DNA of 62,437 nt, the filler included. It is 3 parts of 3 records of this genome, joined end to end, with 100 filler letters (N's around TTAATTAATTAA, not from the genome) between each part and the next. Parts side by side here need not be neighbours in the genome. Positions count along the whole stretch, not along the records: positions 27,019 to 51,190 come from SRR20825019_674; positions 51,291 to 62,437 come from SRR20825019_683; 1 more part is not named here. The stretch is one strand, 5' to 3'. Within the stretch, counting starts at the first letter, position 1; each line of letters begins with the position of its first letter. Positions 47,001 through 57,278 of the stretch are shown here, one piece after another. A program made the position numbers and the translations under genes. The notes beneath the pieces were generated by a model. It was given only the letters and a program-made list of their open reading frames with translations, was not told where the DNA came from and made no database searches.

Positions 47001-47334
47001 CAATTCGATCCTGCTGGTCGATTTCATACGCCATGCGCGACGGCCCGGCCGACCGCTCATCGACGTGCTTCTCGAAGCCGGTGCGATCCGCTTCAAGCCG
47101 ATCCTGCTGACCGCGCTTGCCGCCATGATCGGCGCCGCCGTGATCCTCACCGACCCGATCTTCCAGGGGCTGGCGATCTCGCTGCTGTTCGGGCTTGCCT
47201 CGTCCACGGCGCTGACCGTGCTCGTCATTCCCGCGATCTATGTCGTGTTGCGGGGTGACAGGCAGCAACCCGATCCGGATGCTGCCGTGACGGGGCCCGA
47301 CGAGACCGACCATGCCGGTTCCGCATCGGCGTAG
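44053..47334 (+). CDS. RND efflux permease (AcrB/CzcA superfamily)
   Basis: 1093 aa. 'LPREEEPQI', 'GILVDDAIVVIENI', 'GIIVRNSILLVDF', 'RFKPILLTALA'. Confidence 0.95.
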   Translation: MKLGIAGGLTRTFITSPLTPLLLLAAIALGLIALVSLPREEEPQISVPMVDIHVNANGLRAEDAVKLVTEPLETIVKSIDGVEHVYSQTDDDGVLVTARFDVGTDSDAAILRVHEKIRANMDRIPVGVPEPLIVGRGIDDVAAVVVTLRPTAEAAGRWTANDLTRLARELQVEVSKLPDIGLTYIVGEQPEQFRVEPDPERLSLFGVTLQQLVAKVEGANRSFRVGTIREDGSQLPVIAGQTLQSLPEIGNLVLTARDGRPVYVRDVADVVLETAPAENRVTDIRRSDEGLERAAAVSLAIAKRPGTNAVVIAEEIVHRLEQVRGQIFPSDVEMTVTRNYGETANEKANELLFHLALATVSIVVLVGIAIGWREALVVAVVIPTTILLTFFASWIMGYTINRVSLFALIFSIGILVDDAIVVIENIARHWAMPDDRSRVQSAIDAVAEVGNPTIVATLTVIAALLPMMFVSGMMGPYMSPIPANASAAMLFSFFVAVILTPWLMIKIGGKGAGHGHGEGGSAAAHGAAGGRLGRLYVAVARPVLKSRARAWTFIIVVAVATFASLGLFYTKDVTVKLLPFDNKSDLQVVLDLPKGASVEDTDRALQSVVDRLAGVPEILSFQTYAGTAAPFDFNGLVRHYYLRANPEQGQVAVNLLPKGDRDRASHAIALDMRERLDGLGLPEGAVVKVVEPPPGPPVMGTLLAEIYGPDPETRRAVAGKVREAFESVPFIVDLDDSYHNRPERMRIAINQDNLEYYRVEQSDVYDTLSYLYGGATVGYSHRGGGRQPIPIRLALPKQYGTIDERALSTPVPANALPGGRDVVELGDVVSVTQEPASYPVFRHNGRAAEMVMAELAGAYEAPIYGMMAVQDAIDAMDWGDLPKPDIVLHGQPDDETHPTLLWDGEWEVTWVTFRDMGAAFMVALIGIYILVVAQFGSFKLPLVILTPIPLTFIGILGGHWLFGAPFTATSMIGFIALAGIIVRNSILLVDFIRHARRPGRPLIDVLLEAGAIRFKPILLTALAAMIGAAVILTDPIFQGLAISLLFGLASSTALTVLVIPAIYVVLRGDRQQPDPDAAVTGPDETDHAGSASA

Positions 47335-47356
47335 AGAATGGACCGGGCCGGCGAAG

Positions 47357-49024
47357 TTACTTCGTCGGCCCGGAGGCCTGACCGAAGATATCGACGAGAC
47401 GCGCCCTGATCGCGTCCATCCGGATTTCCGGCGCGTCCGGAGCGGGGATCATGCCAGCCGTGAAGCCGTCCGCCCCGAAGCGGGCGATCAAAGCGGCATC
47501 CCTGCTGATGACATGCACCGGCACGGCGCGCGAGGCATCGGGGCCGGTGATGATCGGCGCCGGCTGGTGGTCGCCGAGAATGATGAAGACGGCGTCGTCT
47601 CCATAGCGGGCGATGTAGTCGCCAAGCGTCTCCAGCGAATAATCGATCGTGTGGATATAGTGATCGCGGATATCGTCGCGGTTCGACCACACTTCTTGCG
47701 GCGATTTTCCGCTTTCCGCCTGGCTGTCGAACACGGTCCCGTCGCCGACATCGTTCCAGTCGATCAGTCTTGGCACCGGCGTCCATGGCGCGTGGCTCGA
47801 AATCAGCGCGATTTCCGCCATGAGGAGCGTGCCGGATGCGCGGGCAGGCTGGCGCACCAGCCGTTCGAATGCAGACAATGTGTATTGGTCGGGCATCGTG
47901 ATCCAGTTGAAGGGCTTTCCGCGATAGCCCAGATCGCTTGCCGCAAACACCTGATCGTAGCCGTAATAGGAGGCCTCGGGCCAGTCCATCGTGATTGCCG
48001 GCATGATGGCGGCCGTGCGCCATCCGGCCTGGCCGAAAAGCCGGTTCAGGCTCTGCCGGTCGCTGATCATCAGCCGGTCGTAGCGGGCCTGGCTGTCGGT
48101 CCAGAGACCGGACAGAAACGTGCCGTGGGCGAGCCAGCTCAGGCCGCCCATTGTGGGGGAGACCAGCCAACCGGATGCCGAGGCAAAACCGGCTTCGGAG
48201 AGTTCGCTTGCGACATTGTCGAGCCTCGGTACCGTCAGCGGACTGTAAAGCGGATCCTCGAGGGCGCTTCGCCCGTAGGATTCGACGAAGACGAGAACGA
48301 CGTCGCGGCCCCTGATGCCGGCAAACAGATCGGCGCCGGAACCGATGTCATCCACCGCCACGAGATCACGCTCGAACTGCTGCAGATCCGTGATCGAACG
48401 CTCTATCAGCGCAAGCCGGTTGCCGAGATACGGAAGGGCCTTTATCTCGGCCCGCACCGGGGTTTCGACGAACTGGAGCACGGCTCCGATCCCGAGCAGG
48501 GCGAGCGCTGCGATCACCGTTCCGCGTTTTTGCGTCTTACTCAGCCTTATCAGTCGCTGCTCCGCGCGGAAATACAGCACGAAGAGACCGGCAAAACCCG
48601 CGACGACCATGCCGAGCGCAAAGCCCGCCTGCCATGTCCCGAGGGTTCCGGAGAAGACATTCCAGCCATCGGCCAGCATCTTCATGTCGAGATAGGGGTT
48701 GAAGCGCCGCTGGAACGCGGATTGTACGCCGATATCGGCGATCTTCAGGAACAGCAGGGTGAAGACGGCAATCGCAAACAGAGCCGCCAGCACGGTCGCG
48801 ACCCTTCGCGGCAGCATCACCAGCGCCAGGGCCATGAGGGGGATTTCCAGCGGGAACCGCAGGAAGGCCGCGCTGGAAAACGCTCCCGGATGATCCGGCA
48901 GCGTCAGCGCGGCAAAGCTGATGGCGATGAAGAACACGAAGGCAAGCCACTGCGCGCGCGATGATGTGGTTCGCCCCTTGTCAGGCCTGTCGCTTCTTGT
49001 CATCAAAACATCACCGGGCACCAT
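47357..49024 (-). CDS. Membrane-anchored alkaline phosphatase superfamily / LtaS-like (sulfatase-like) transferase
   Basis: N-terminal TM helices, then 'VVLVFVESYG', 'SPTMGGLSWLAH', 'ISSHAPW', 'LGDHQP' metal/nucleophile motifs. Start is 49024 or 49003. Confidence 0.85.
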   Translation of the reverse strand: MVPGDVLMTRSDRPDKGRTTSSRAQWLAFVFFIAISFAALTLPDHPGAFSSAAFLRFPLEIPLMALALVMLPRRVATVLAALFAIAVFTLLFLKIADIGVQSAFQRRFNPYLDMKMLADGWNVFSGTLGTWQAGFALGMVVAGFAGLFVLYFRAEQRLIRLSKTQKRGTVIAALALLGIGAVLQFVETPVRAEIKALPYLGNRLALIERSITDLQQFERDLVAVDDIGSGADLFAGIRGRDVVLVFVESYGRSALEDPLYSPLTVPRLDNVASELSEAGFASASGWLVSPTMGGLSWLAHGTFLSGLWTDSQARYDRLMISDRQSLNRLFGQAGWRTAAIMPAITMDWPEASYYGYDQVFAASDLGYRGKPFNWITMPDQYTLSAFERLVRQPARASGTLLMAEIALISSHAPWTPVPRLIDWNDVGDGTVFDSQAESGKSPQEVWSNRDDIRDHYIHTIDYSLETLGDYIARYGDDAVFIILGDHQPAPIITGPDASRAVPVHVISRDAALIARFGADGFTAGMIPAPDAPEIRMDAIRARLVDIFGQASGPTK

Positions 49025-49082
49025 GCGTTTAAACGGAAGATGACGCGTACAGGTTCGGGCCGCAATTCACGAGGGCCAGAGC

Positions 49083-50009
49083 GTGCATAAATTTACCGTC
49101 ATTCCGATTGTCGCATGTCTCGCGCTGCTTGCGGGGCTGATCGTCGTCACCGGCCCGGAGCGTCTGGCCGCGACCTTCAGCGATGTGCCGCCGGTTCTGA
49201 TAGTGATCGGGATTGCGCTTGTGCAGGTGCAGATCATTGCGTCCGCCTGCCGGTGGCGCTTCACCGCGAGACGGCTCGGGCAGGATATCGGCCTCGGCCT
49301 TGCCATTCGGGAATATTACATCGGCAGCGCGCTCAATCTGGTCCTGCCGGGCGGCATGGCGGGTGATGCCTTGCGCGCCTATCGCAGCCGGATGGAAGGA
49401 ACGGGCGGCTGGAAACGTCCGGCCGCGGCGGTGTTTCTGGAAAGATTGTCGGGTCAACTCGCCTTTTTCGGATTGTGCTTCATCGGCCTCCTGGCCTGGC
49501 CGGTGTTTCTGAGCGAACGCCTGCCCGATCAGGCGGATGTTCTGATCTGGGGCGTGAGCGCCGCGCTGTTGGTCTGCGTTGCGGGCGCCATCATGTTCCG
49601 GGCCGCGTGGCTGCCGCAGCGCGTGCGGGTGCTTGGCCCGGATATCGCCGCCGTGTTCTGGAGAGACAGGGCCTGGCTGGTTCAGGGCAGCCTCAGCGTG
49701 TTCATCGTATCCGGCTATATCGCGGTATTTCTGATCGCTTCCCGCGCGGTCGGCGCGCCGTTGCCGGCGATTGCCGCCTTCACCGCCATTCCGCTCTGTC
49801 TGATGACGATGCTGATACCCGCCGGTATCGGCGGCTGGGGCACGCGCGAGGCCGCTGCCGCGGCGCTCTGGCCGCTCTTCGGATACACCAGCGCCGAAGG
49901 CGTGGCGGCAAGCCTGCTCTACGGATTGTTGTCGCTGGTGGCCGCCGCCGTGCCCGGCGGCGTTTCGGTTGCCATATCGCTCGTCAGAGGCCGGATCGCA
50001 AAATCCTGA
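49083..50009 (+). CDS. Lysylphosphatidylglycerol synthase TM-domain (UPF0104, flippase-like) protein
   Basis: 'ACRWR', 'LNLVLPGGMAGDALRA', 'FLERLSG', 'IPAGIGGWGTREAAA'. Confidence 0.9.
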   Translation: MHKFTVIPIVACLALLAGLIVVTGPERLAATFSDVPPVLIVIGIALVQVQIIASACRWRFTARRLGQDIGLGLAIREYYIGSALNLVLPGGMAGDALRAYRSRMEGTGGWKRPAAAVFLERLSGQLAFFGLCFIGLLAWPVFLSERLPDQADVLIWGVSAALLVCVAGAIMFRAAWLPQRVRVLGPDIAAVFWRDRAWLVQGSLSVFIVSGYIAVFLIASRAVGAPLPAIAAFTAIPLCLMTMLIPAGIGGWGTREAAAAALWPLFGYTSAEGVAASLLYGLLSLVAAAVPGGVSVAISLVRGRIAKS

Positions 50010-50065
50010 AACCGGGACGCCCTGAGAGTGGGCCGGAAAGGGCGAGGGCGCTCCGAGGTTCGGCG

Positions 50066-50812
50066 TCATTGCCGCCCCTTGCGCAGGAGAAAGATGGTGT
50101 CGACCGCAAACGAATAGCTCAGCAGGCAAAGGGCGATCAGCGCCGCGACGGTCGAGACTGGGGGCACGACGGCCGGCACGAGAATGACGCAGAGCGTTGC
50201 GACCTGCACCACGCAGATCATTTTCCTGCGAAATGACGGGGGCAGGGGCTGCCCCAGCGCGGGGACGAAATATTGTGCTCCAATGAAGAAATAGCGCATC
50301 AATCCGATCGCCAGAACCCACCAACCTGCCTTGCCCAGCATCAGCGCTGCCTCCGATAGAACCAGAATGAGAAGCGCATCGATTTCCATATCGAACCGCG
50401 CGCCAAGCGCCGATTCCTGACCGAGGTTGCGGGCGAGATAGCCATCGAAACCGTCGAGGGCGAGAGCGGTCAGCACCAGCACGATCAAAATCCAGACCGC
50501 CGACTGTCCGCTGGCCATGTCAGCGGCGAAAAATACCGCTGCGGTCACGAGACTGACGATTGCCGTTCGGATTGCGGTGATGGCGTTTGCCGCACCGAAC
50601 GATTTATGGGGATGATAGGGCAGGGCGCTGAGCACGACTGTAAAAATCACGAGCAGCAGGAAGCCGGCGAAAGCGACCGCCCACCGCCCGAGCGTCAGAT
50701 GCGGGCCGACAAGCTGATAGAAAACGAGCGCGGCGGCAAAAACCACGCCCAGAATGACAAGCGCGCTGGTCTTGAGGCTTGGCGGCAATGCGGGGCTCGG
50801 CTTGTGATTCAT
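50066..50812 (-). CDS. CDP-alcohol phosphatidyltransferase family protein
   Basis: Signature 'DGFDGYLARNLGQESALGARFDMEID' (D-x2-DG-x2-AR-x8-G-x3-D-x3-D), plus 'ANAITAIR'. Confidence 0.93.
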   Translation of the reverse strand: MNHKPSPALPPSLKTSALVILGVVFAAALVFYQLVGPHLTLGRWAVAFAGFLLLVIFTVVLSALPYHPHKSFGAANAITAIRTAIVSLVTAAVFFAADMASGQSAVWILIVLVLTALALDGFDGYLARNLGQESALGARFDMEIDALLILVLSEAALMLGKAGWWVLAIGLMRYFFIGAQYFVPALGQPLPPSFRRKMICVVQVATLCVILVPAVVPPVSTVAALIALCLLSYSFAVDTIFLLRKGRQ

Positions 50813-50826
50813 GGATGATCTCTGGC

Positions 50827-51190
50827 CTATTTCGTTGTCACCAGGGTTTCGGGATCGAGTATGTGATCGGCCCTCAGCGCCTTCGTGCGGAGATAATTCA
50901 GGTTCTCCTCCGTGATCTTGCCATGAGTCGGCACGCGGCCCGCCACAGTAATCCCCGCAGCGCTGATCGCCGCGATTTTTGTCGGGTTGTTGGTGTGCAG
51001 AACGACGCTTGAGATGCCGAGCAGGCGCAGGATCGCGACCGCCGCCTCATAGCGGCGATGGTCGGGTTCAAGCCCAAGCTCTGCGTCGGCGTCGATCGTA
51101 TCGAGGCCTTGATGCTGATAGCCATAGGCTCGCATCTTCGAACCGATGCCGGTGCCGCGCCCTTCCTGATCGAGATAGATCAGCACGCCG
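50827..51190 (-). CDS. ribA: GTP cyclohydrolase II (RibA), C-terminal part; truncated by contig end
   Basis: 'YLDQEGRGTGIGSKMRAY..Q..GLDTIDA..LGLEPDHRRY', 'TNNPTKI', 'NLNYLRTKA..ADH'. Confidence 0.9.
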
Positions 51191-51290
51191 NNNNNNNNNN
51201 NNNNNNNNNNNNNNNNNNNNNNNNNNNNNNNNNNTTAATTAATTAANNNNNNNNNNNNNNNNNNNNNNNNNNNNNNNNNNNNNNNNNNNN
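51191..51290. other. Artificial contig spacer (44 N + TTAATTAATTAA + 44 N)
   Basis: Identical in structure to the first spacer. Sequence switches from bacterial back to eukaryotic across it. Confidence 0.97.
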
Positions 51291-51629
51291 GGGGGGGGGG
51301 GGGGGGGGGGGGCGCCGGGACGGCCGGAGTGAGTCACCGGACTCGGATCAGTGACACGCTTCTCCCGGCGCTGTCGCTCTAGGTCCGGGCGAGTGCGGCG
51401 GTCGATCCAGCGGGCCTCGGAAGCCGGCCCGAACTGGAAGTCCGCGGGTTCGGGGCCGGGGCCGTCGCGCAGCCGGACTGAGTCGGCATTTCACCTTTGT
51501 GTTGGAGCGCTTGTAGACATATATCGCATGCTTCAAAGAATCTAATACCACAGGCACAACCAGACCCTACAAGGACATTTAGAAGCGGCACGAATACTGC
51601 CCGCGTGGAGGGTCGACTGACAGGTCCCA

Positions 51630-54600
51630 ATGTTTTCGGGTGACGTTGATGACCATGAAAGCAAGTCAATCACCACCGGCGCCGCCCTCTCGGCGGACGC
51701 CACGGCCCCGGCTCCGTCAGGAGTTGTGGACGAGCCCCCTCCGATGAAGAAAGTCGGCGCGGGAGCAGGCTCCTCTGGGGCTGATATGTGGATAGCCAAT
51801 GATGGGACGTTGCATATGGGAAAAGTTGGCATGTTTACGGATCAAGGAAAGGGGACCAAGTCACCTCTCAAGAATGCTCTTCAGGTAGGCTGAGGAACAG
51901 ATGGAATATTCTATTCTTTATTAGCGGGTGTTTCTTTCTGCTGTTATTCGTTTTTACGATATTTCTCGTTCATGAGTCATTTCGGGGGGTCACTTTTGTT
52001 TTTACTTCCTCTGTAGTATATCTTGCGGTTGCACTTGCGTTTAAGGGCAGCTTTTATGACATTGGTGTATGTTCGGGAATCAATGGTTTTCACGAATCAA
52101 ACGTCTTCCCGTGGCGTATTGCCGTTCAAGCCGTGCACGTGACGTCGGGTGGCTGACACTGTTGCAGAGCGAGCAAAAGTTACTCGGGGCCGGGGACGAG
52201 ATTGATCCGGCAGGAAAGCCAGAGAACGATATGACGATTGAAGAGGTCAACGAGGACACACGAAACATCACAAACTTTGCGGTGGAAGAGGGTTGCGCCA
52301 AGATTCGACTGCTCCTAGCATCGGTAGAGCAGAATATTAACGATGAATGCGCGCAGTTCACTGGGGTGGTTCGGAAGCTGATACGGGAGCAGCTGCGCCT
52401 GGCCGCGGACCGCAATGAAGATGTTAAAGTTCTCGGTCCTGACATCATTGCCCAGACTGTCTCGGCCGAGATGTCCCGCATGGAGGCGAAGCTCCTCAAG
52501 AAACTTGAGACACAGATGTCCGCGGAACTGCGAGTGATCGGAGACAGTATGTACGATACCCTTCGGGAAAAGAACTATTTTAGTCACTCGAGGGAGAAGG
52601 AGCGTGTGGAATCTGCCCGGAAGGCTGCGGAACAGCAGACTCGTAATCTGGTTGCTATTGAGCGTCACGAGAAACTCCGTGTGATGGCGGAGTACAAGGA
52701 GGTGAAGCGAAGTCTTCAGAATGAAATCAATGACCTGTTGATGCAGCTGGCCACGGCCCAGCAGGCACTCCAGAACCAACTTAATGATATGACGCAGCTG
52801 AACGAGATTGCCCGGCTCAAGTCCGACATTGAGCGCCAGGAGAAGACTGTCCTGGCGAAGGATGAAAGGATATCCAACCTGGAGCAGCTGCTTCAGAATG
52901 TGCAGAGCGAGCTACAGGACGCGTATTCCGCACAGGTTCCGCTTCGTGAAAAGATAGTTGATCTGGAGACAATCATCACCGAGATCAAGGCCGAGTCGCA
53001 ACGACTCCGCGACAACCTGTTCTTTGCCTCTCAGATGATGCAGGGCGGAATTCACGTTTCCCACGGTACCACGGATATAGGCGTCCAGGTGAGACCTCCG
53101 ACAACCACGACAGCGACGGATGTGAACATCTTGGATTTGTATTCCGAGCACCCTCTCTGGACCGAATGTAAGAAGCTTCATGAGGGTATGACCCACCTCC
53201 TCGAGCAGCAGATCGAGATGGATCACCAGATTACGGAGGCGATGGACATGAACCAAGACTTACAAGATGAGCTAGACGACCTGATGGAACAGCACGAGGC
53301 CCTGCTGGAGCGGACCAGTGGCCGCGAGTCCGATCTCGGATCGCGGGGGATCACCGCAGTCAAAGTCTCCAACAGCCGAAATCCTTCTATCAGCGGCGAC
53401 CCATCCCGACCTCCCAGCAGCATGGGCGCGCCTCCAGGGGCCGGTGCTGGGGCCGGTGCGAGCGCAGGTACTGCGACGGGCCCCGGGGCTGGCGGCGGAC
53501 CAAGCCGCGCGGCGTCGCGGACGGTGTCACCCGATCCCAGTAATAGAAGCATCCAGGGCCGATCCCGACCGAACTCGCCGGAGGGGTCTGTTGTTTATGG
53601 TCTTGGAAAGGGCGCGGGGCGGCCGGTTCGCCGTCGGGGAAAGCAGTATGATAAGGAACGTCTGGACATGATTCAGCTGTTGAACGAGCGGCACCAGACG
53701 ATCTCCGAGCTCATGTCTGAGGTGAAGAGGCTGAAGGTGCAGCTTGGTGACTCCGATAAGTATATAACGACATTCATGGGGAACAGCGAGGTCAGGCTGT
53801 CGCGCGACGGTGCGCAGAGCCCGACCGAATGGGAGATGTTGGATCCTGTGTACAGGGTTTCCAAAAAGAGATCATCAGGCTCCACATCGCCCTCTCGGCC
53901 CTCCTCCCGCCAGCAGAGTTCCCGCGCCTCCTCGCGCACTGGAGCAAGGTCGCCCCGCCCACGTTCATCGTCACCCACAACCGGTCGTACAACTCCTGCG
54001 AGCGCTGCCACTGAGCATCGTCCCCCAAGCCGTGTCGCGGTTGAGACCCCGCCGCTCGGAGTGACTGATGCTAGGTCGGAAATGGAAAATCCGGTCAAGT
54101 TACCCCTAAACAATGTTGTCGATGTTGAGATTGAGATGGGCGAGGTCGTGGTGCAGACAGATCGCCCGTCGACATCCATGGGTCTTCGCCCGCCCAGCCG
54201 CGCCAGGGTTGCCCAGAGAGACATCTCCCCCGAGGAAAAGCGGCCGCGGCGCCCCGCCACATCGTTTTCCGGCGCGGATGAAGGGCCCTTCACCGCAAGG
54301 GATGATGGGCCCCACAAGCCAGGGTTCACGTTGTCCCGTGTGCCGAGAGTGCCCCCAGAGCAAATATATGGCCGCCCGCGGGACATTAATCCGCGTCTCA
54401 AGATGTATCTCTACAACCGCGCTGAAGGCACGAACTCTGCGCGTCCACCCTCGAGATCTACCGGAGGTGTGATCTCGTCGCTGAGATCGCAGAGAACGGA
54501 GCCTGTTCTGAGGCAACAAGCTGTCGTGTTACCTCAGGATGCCGCGGTGAAGCTGACGAAGGCATCGACGAAGCCCGGCGCAACGAAAAAACGCGATTTG

Positions 54601-55266
54601 CCGAAGGAAGAACTCCCCAAAAAGAAGACGGAGAAGGGGGTGGGCGCGAATGAGGAGCTGAACCGGATTCTGAAAAGCATTCCGTCTGCACAGGACGGGA
54701 ACACTCCGCGAGAGGCGCGGAAGGGGGCGCAGCTTGGAACGTTCACAATGCCTGCGAGTGCAATGGAGGATGACCTTAATATGGTCAAGAGAGCATTACG
54801 TGACAATACAAATCTCAATGAGAAGGTCATATCCCGTGTCCCGGGCGTCCAGGACCCGCCCCAGCTACCAAAGTACAAGGGGCCTCAGGAGACAGTTATG
54901 TACAAACACTCCAAGCACCCAGAAAGCGCTCAACCGCACATGGATGGGGTTCCTATGGAAGAAATGGATGTGCAGAGAGGTATTGGGCTAACCGTGGAGG
55001 ATTTGATAGGGAAAACTGCAGGGCAGCGGCAGCTGTTCCGTGGTCCCTCTGCAGGCGACGGGGTTACTTTGGAGGAGCGGTATGCGTCCTACTCGCGGTT
55101 GCTCCGCGATGTTGAGAATAGTAGCCATCATATGATGAAAATCTCGAAGCGGAGGGAGGAGGAGACGCGGCGTCGCATCCGAGAGCACCAGGAGAAGATC
55201 AAAAGGCGCGCGAGCTCCAACGCGCTATCCTTACACGGCACCAAGCCAATCCAGCAGGCAGAGTAA
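51630..55266 (+). CDS. Large coiled-coil protein with an S/R/P-rich disordered C-terminal half; 2 exons
   Basis: Exon 1 (51630-51884) joins ORF 52069-55266 in frame via GT-AG intron 51885-52167. Long E/Q/L heptad stretches and many RPxS/T motifs. No family recognised. Confidence 0.75.
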
Positions 55267-55742
55267 GGCGAAAGCATGTCGAGTCTAAATTTGATGTATT
55301 GTTCTAATCTGTGTTGGATACAGGGAATACGACTATCGGAACACGCCAGGCCTCTTCATGCCGACCACTGAGCTTGCCAAGCAGTTTACCACCGGCACCG
55401 GCGATGGGTAGTGCAGCCACACCCCAGCGGTGCCAGTGGGCCACACCAGTCGTTCTCTCACGGGGCATGTCTCCATCCGCAATGGAGGCGCGGCCGTTGT
55501 ATACGAGGCAGAGTCAAACCCTCAGGCTAAGTCAACATCATTCCAACCCCACTGGCCTCACCCAGTCGAATCCAGTCCGCATTGCAGTGCACAGGTCGCG
55601 CCAGGACTTGGTTGTTGTGGTAGAAACGCGGGTCAATTAATGTCACTCTGAATTCCAAAACGGATGTTGACAAGATGCTTGGAGGACCTGTTCTCTCATA
55701 ACCTATGTAACGCATCGCTCTTTCGGTGGTTTGTCAAGGCTC

Positions 55743-56487
55743 TTAGGATTCAAAGGTGAAGGGCACCGACGGCCAGAAGTGGATATCGCCATCAGAGCAA
55801 TGCTGTTGGAAGTGCGCAGTGAGAGAGGCCTCGAGCTCCGATATCCTCTGGCTCATGCGGTTAGCAACAGGGCTAGGGTTTAACGATATCACAATAAACT
55901 CGACTCACACTAACGGTTGCAACATCGCCATATTTCTTCACCAGCTCCTCCCGCCTCGCCTCGACGGCCTCGGCAGCTTTAAGGCCGGTGTTCGCCTTGT
56001 GCTGGGTCCAACTGTGGGGCGGGGCAACTGCCTGCTCCTCGCGCCTCCGTTCTCCTCGTGCTGGTAAGATGGAGTCACAAAACCGACCAAACCTATTTTT
56101 AGAAACCGTACCCTTCCGCCTTCGCTCCTCCGTTAGCGCGAAGCGCCTGATGATATCATCCGACAGAGCCAACGGCGCGGCGTCTTGCTCGTCCTCGTCA
56201 GCTCCTCCTCCCTCTGGCAAACCTTCTTCCCAGTCCCCGGCAGAACCTTCGTATATCGCGTTTCCGCCCTCTGCACAAACACAATACCTTGGGTCCCCAT
56301 GGAACGGGCACGGCGTAGGGAACTGGTACCCGCTTGCGACTGCGTCGTACACCTCGGCAAGCGTGAAGTAATATCGCGACATCTGCATCGCATGTTCATA
56401 CGCGTACCTCCGCTGGGCAGCGGACGGCTGTGTATTTGTCGTGGGCGCCACGGGTGCCGAGCCGTATTGCACAGGTGCGTAGTCCAT
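55743..56487 (-). CDS. GEMIN8: Gemin8-like protein (SMN complex component); 3 exons
   Basis: Introns 56061-56111 and 55848-55908 give '...LSDDIIRRFALTEERRRK...EARREELVKKYGDVATVSRISELEASLTAHFQQHCSDGDIHFWPSVPFTFES*'. This matches the Gemin8 C-terminal pattern as recalled (R..EM..LYG...I..ME...Q..FD..CD......WP.IP). Confidence 0.7.
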
Positions 56488-57278
56488 TTCTAATGTCTTC
56501 TTTGGAGGCAGACGTTCTCGACGTGATCGTTTTGATTCAGAAACAAGTGCAATATATTATTTCTATTGGCGGCTCTCAGGTTAGCCATAACGTGGTCCTG
56601 CACCGTAGGTGATGGGCGGTACTGAGTCTTCTTAGGAGAGCAGGCTCGCCCGTCCCGTCTCAGGTGGTGGGTGACAGACTCACCGAGGCTTGAACCGAGG
56701 CTGGGGGTGTGATACCTCCGGGTGACCTGTTCAGGCGGGCCGGGCGTCGGGTCCGGGCGCCAAGCTCAGTCATAGGCATCGGCCGCCTAAGCAACGCGGG
56801 TAAGCCGGCGAGCGGCCGACCGGACTGACTGACGCGGACCGGGCGAGCACGGCTCGCCGACCGATGGCTCGGACCAGGCAGGGCCCTGGCCCCGGGCCGG
56901 CGCAGGCCGGCGCGGCCCGTCCCGCGCCCGGCCGGACCCGGGGGCCGAGCGGCGCCGGCGCCGGGCCCGGCCGGGCCCCGGAGTCAGCCGCACTGTGACC
57001 GGGTCACTGGTGCGATGCCGTGCCGCCTTTCAGACACTGCGGCTCCAGACAGCTTTTCCAAGGCGAGCCCAGGGTGATTTTCAAAAGTGGATTCTGTTGA
57101 GGATCATGATGTGAAGAAGTTTATTGAACTCATTCATGTGTCGTCCGAGTGCGGCCGGCGAACAAGCCAGCCCCCCGGATGACCGCACAACATCCCGAAT
57201 GGGAACAATGTCTCAGCACCACACTGACCGAGTGGGTCCGCCGTCCGGTTGATGAGCAAGCATGCACTCTTGACCGAA

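Noticed and set aside
27019-51190. Large bacterial-to-eukaryote horizontal transfer or genomic island
   Set aside because: Both junctions are synthetic N/TTAATTAATTAA spacers and genes are cut at both ends, so there is no evidence of physical linkage.
55311-55715. Small gene between the coiled-coil gene and the Gemin8-like gene
   Set aside because: I found no convincing ORF, splice pattern or upstream GC block, so it is more likely 3' UTR sequence.
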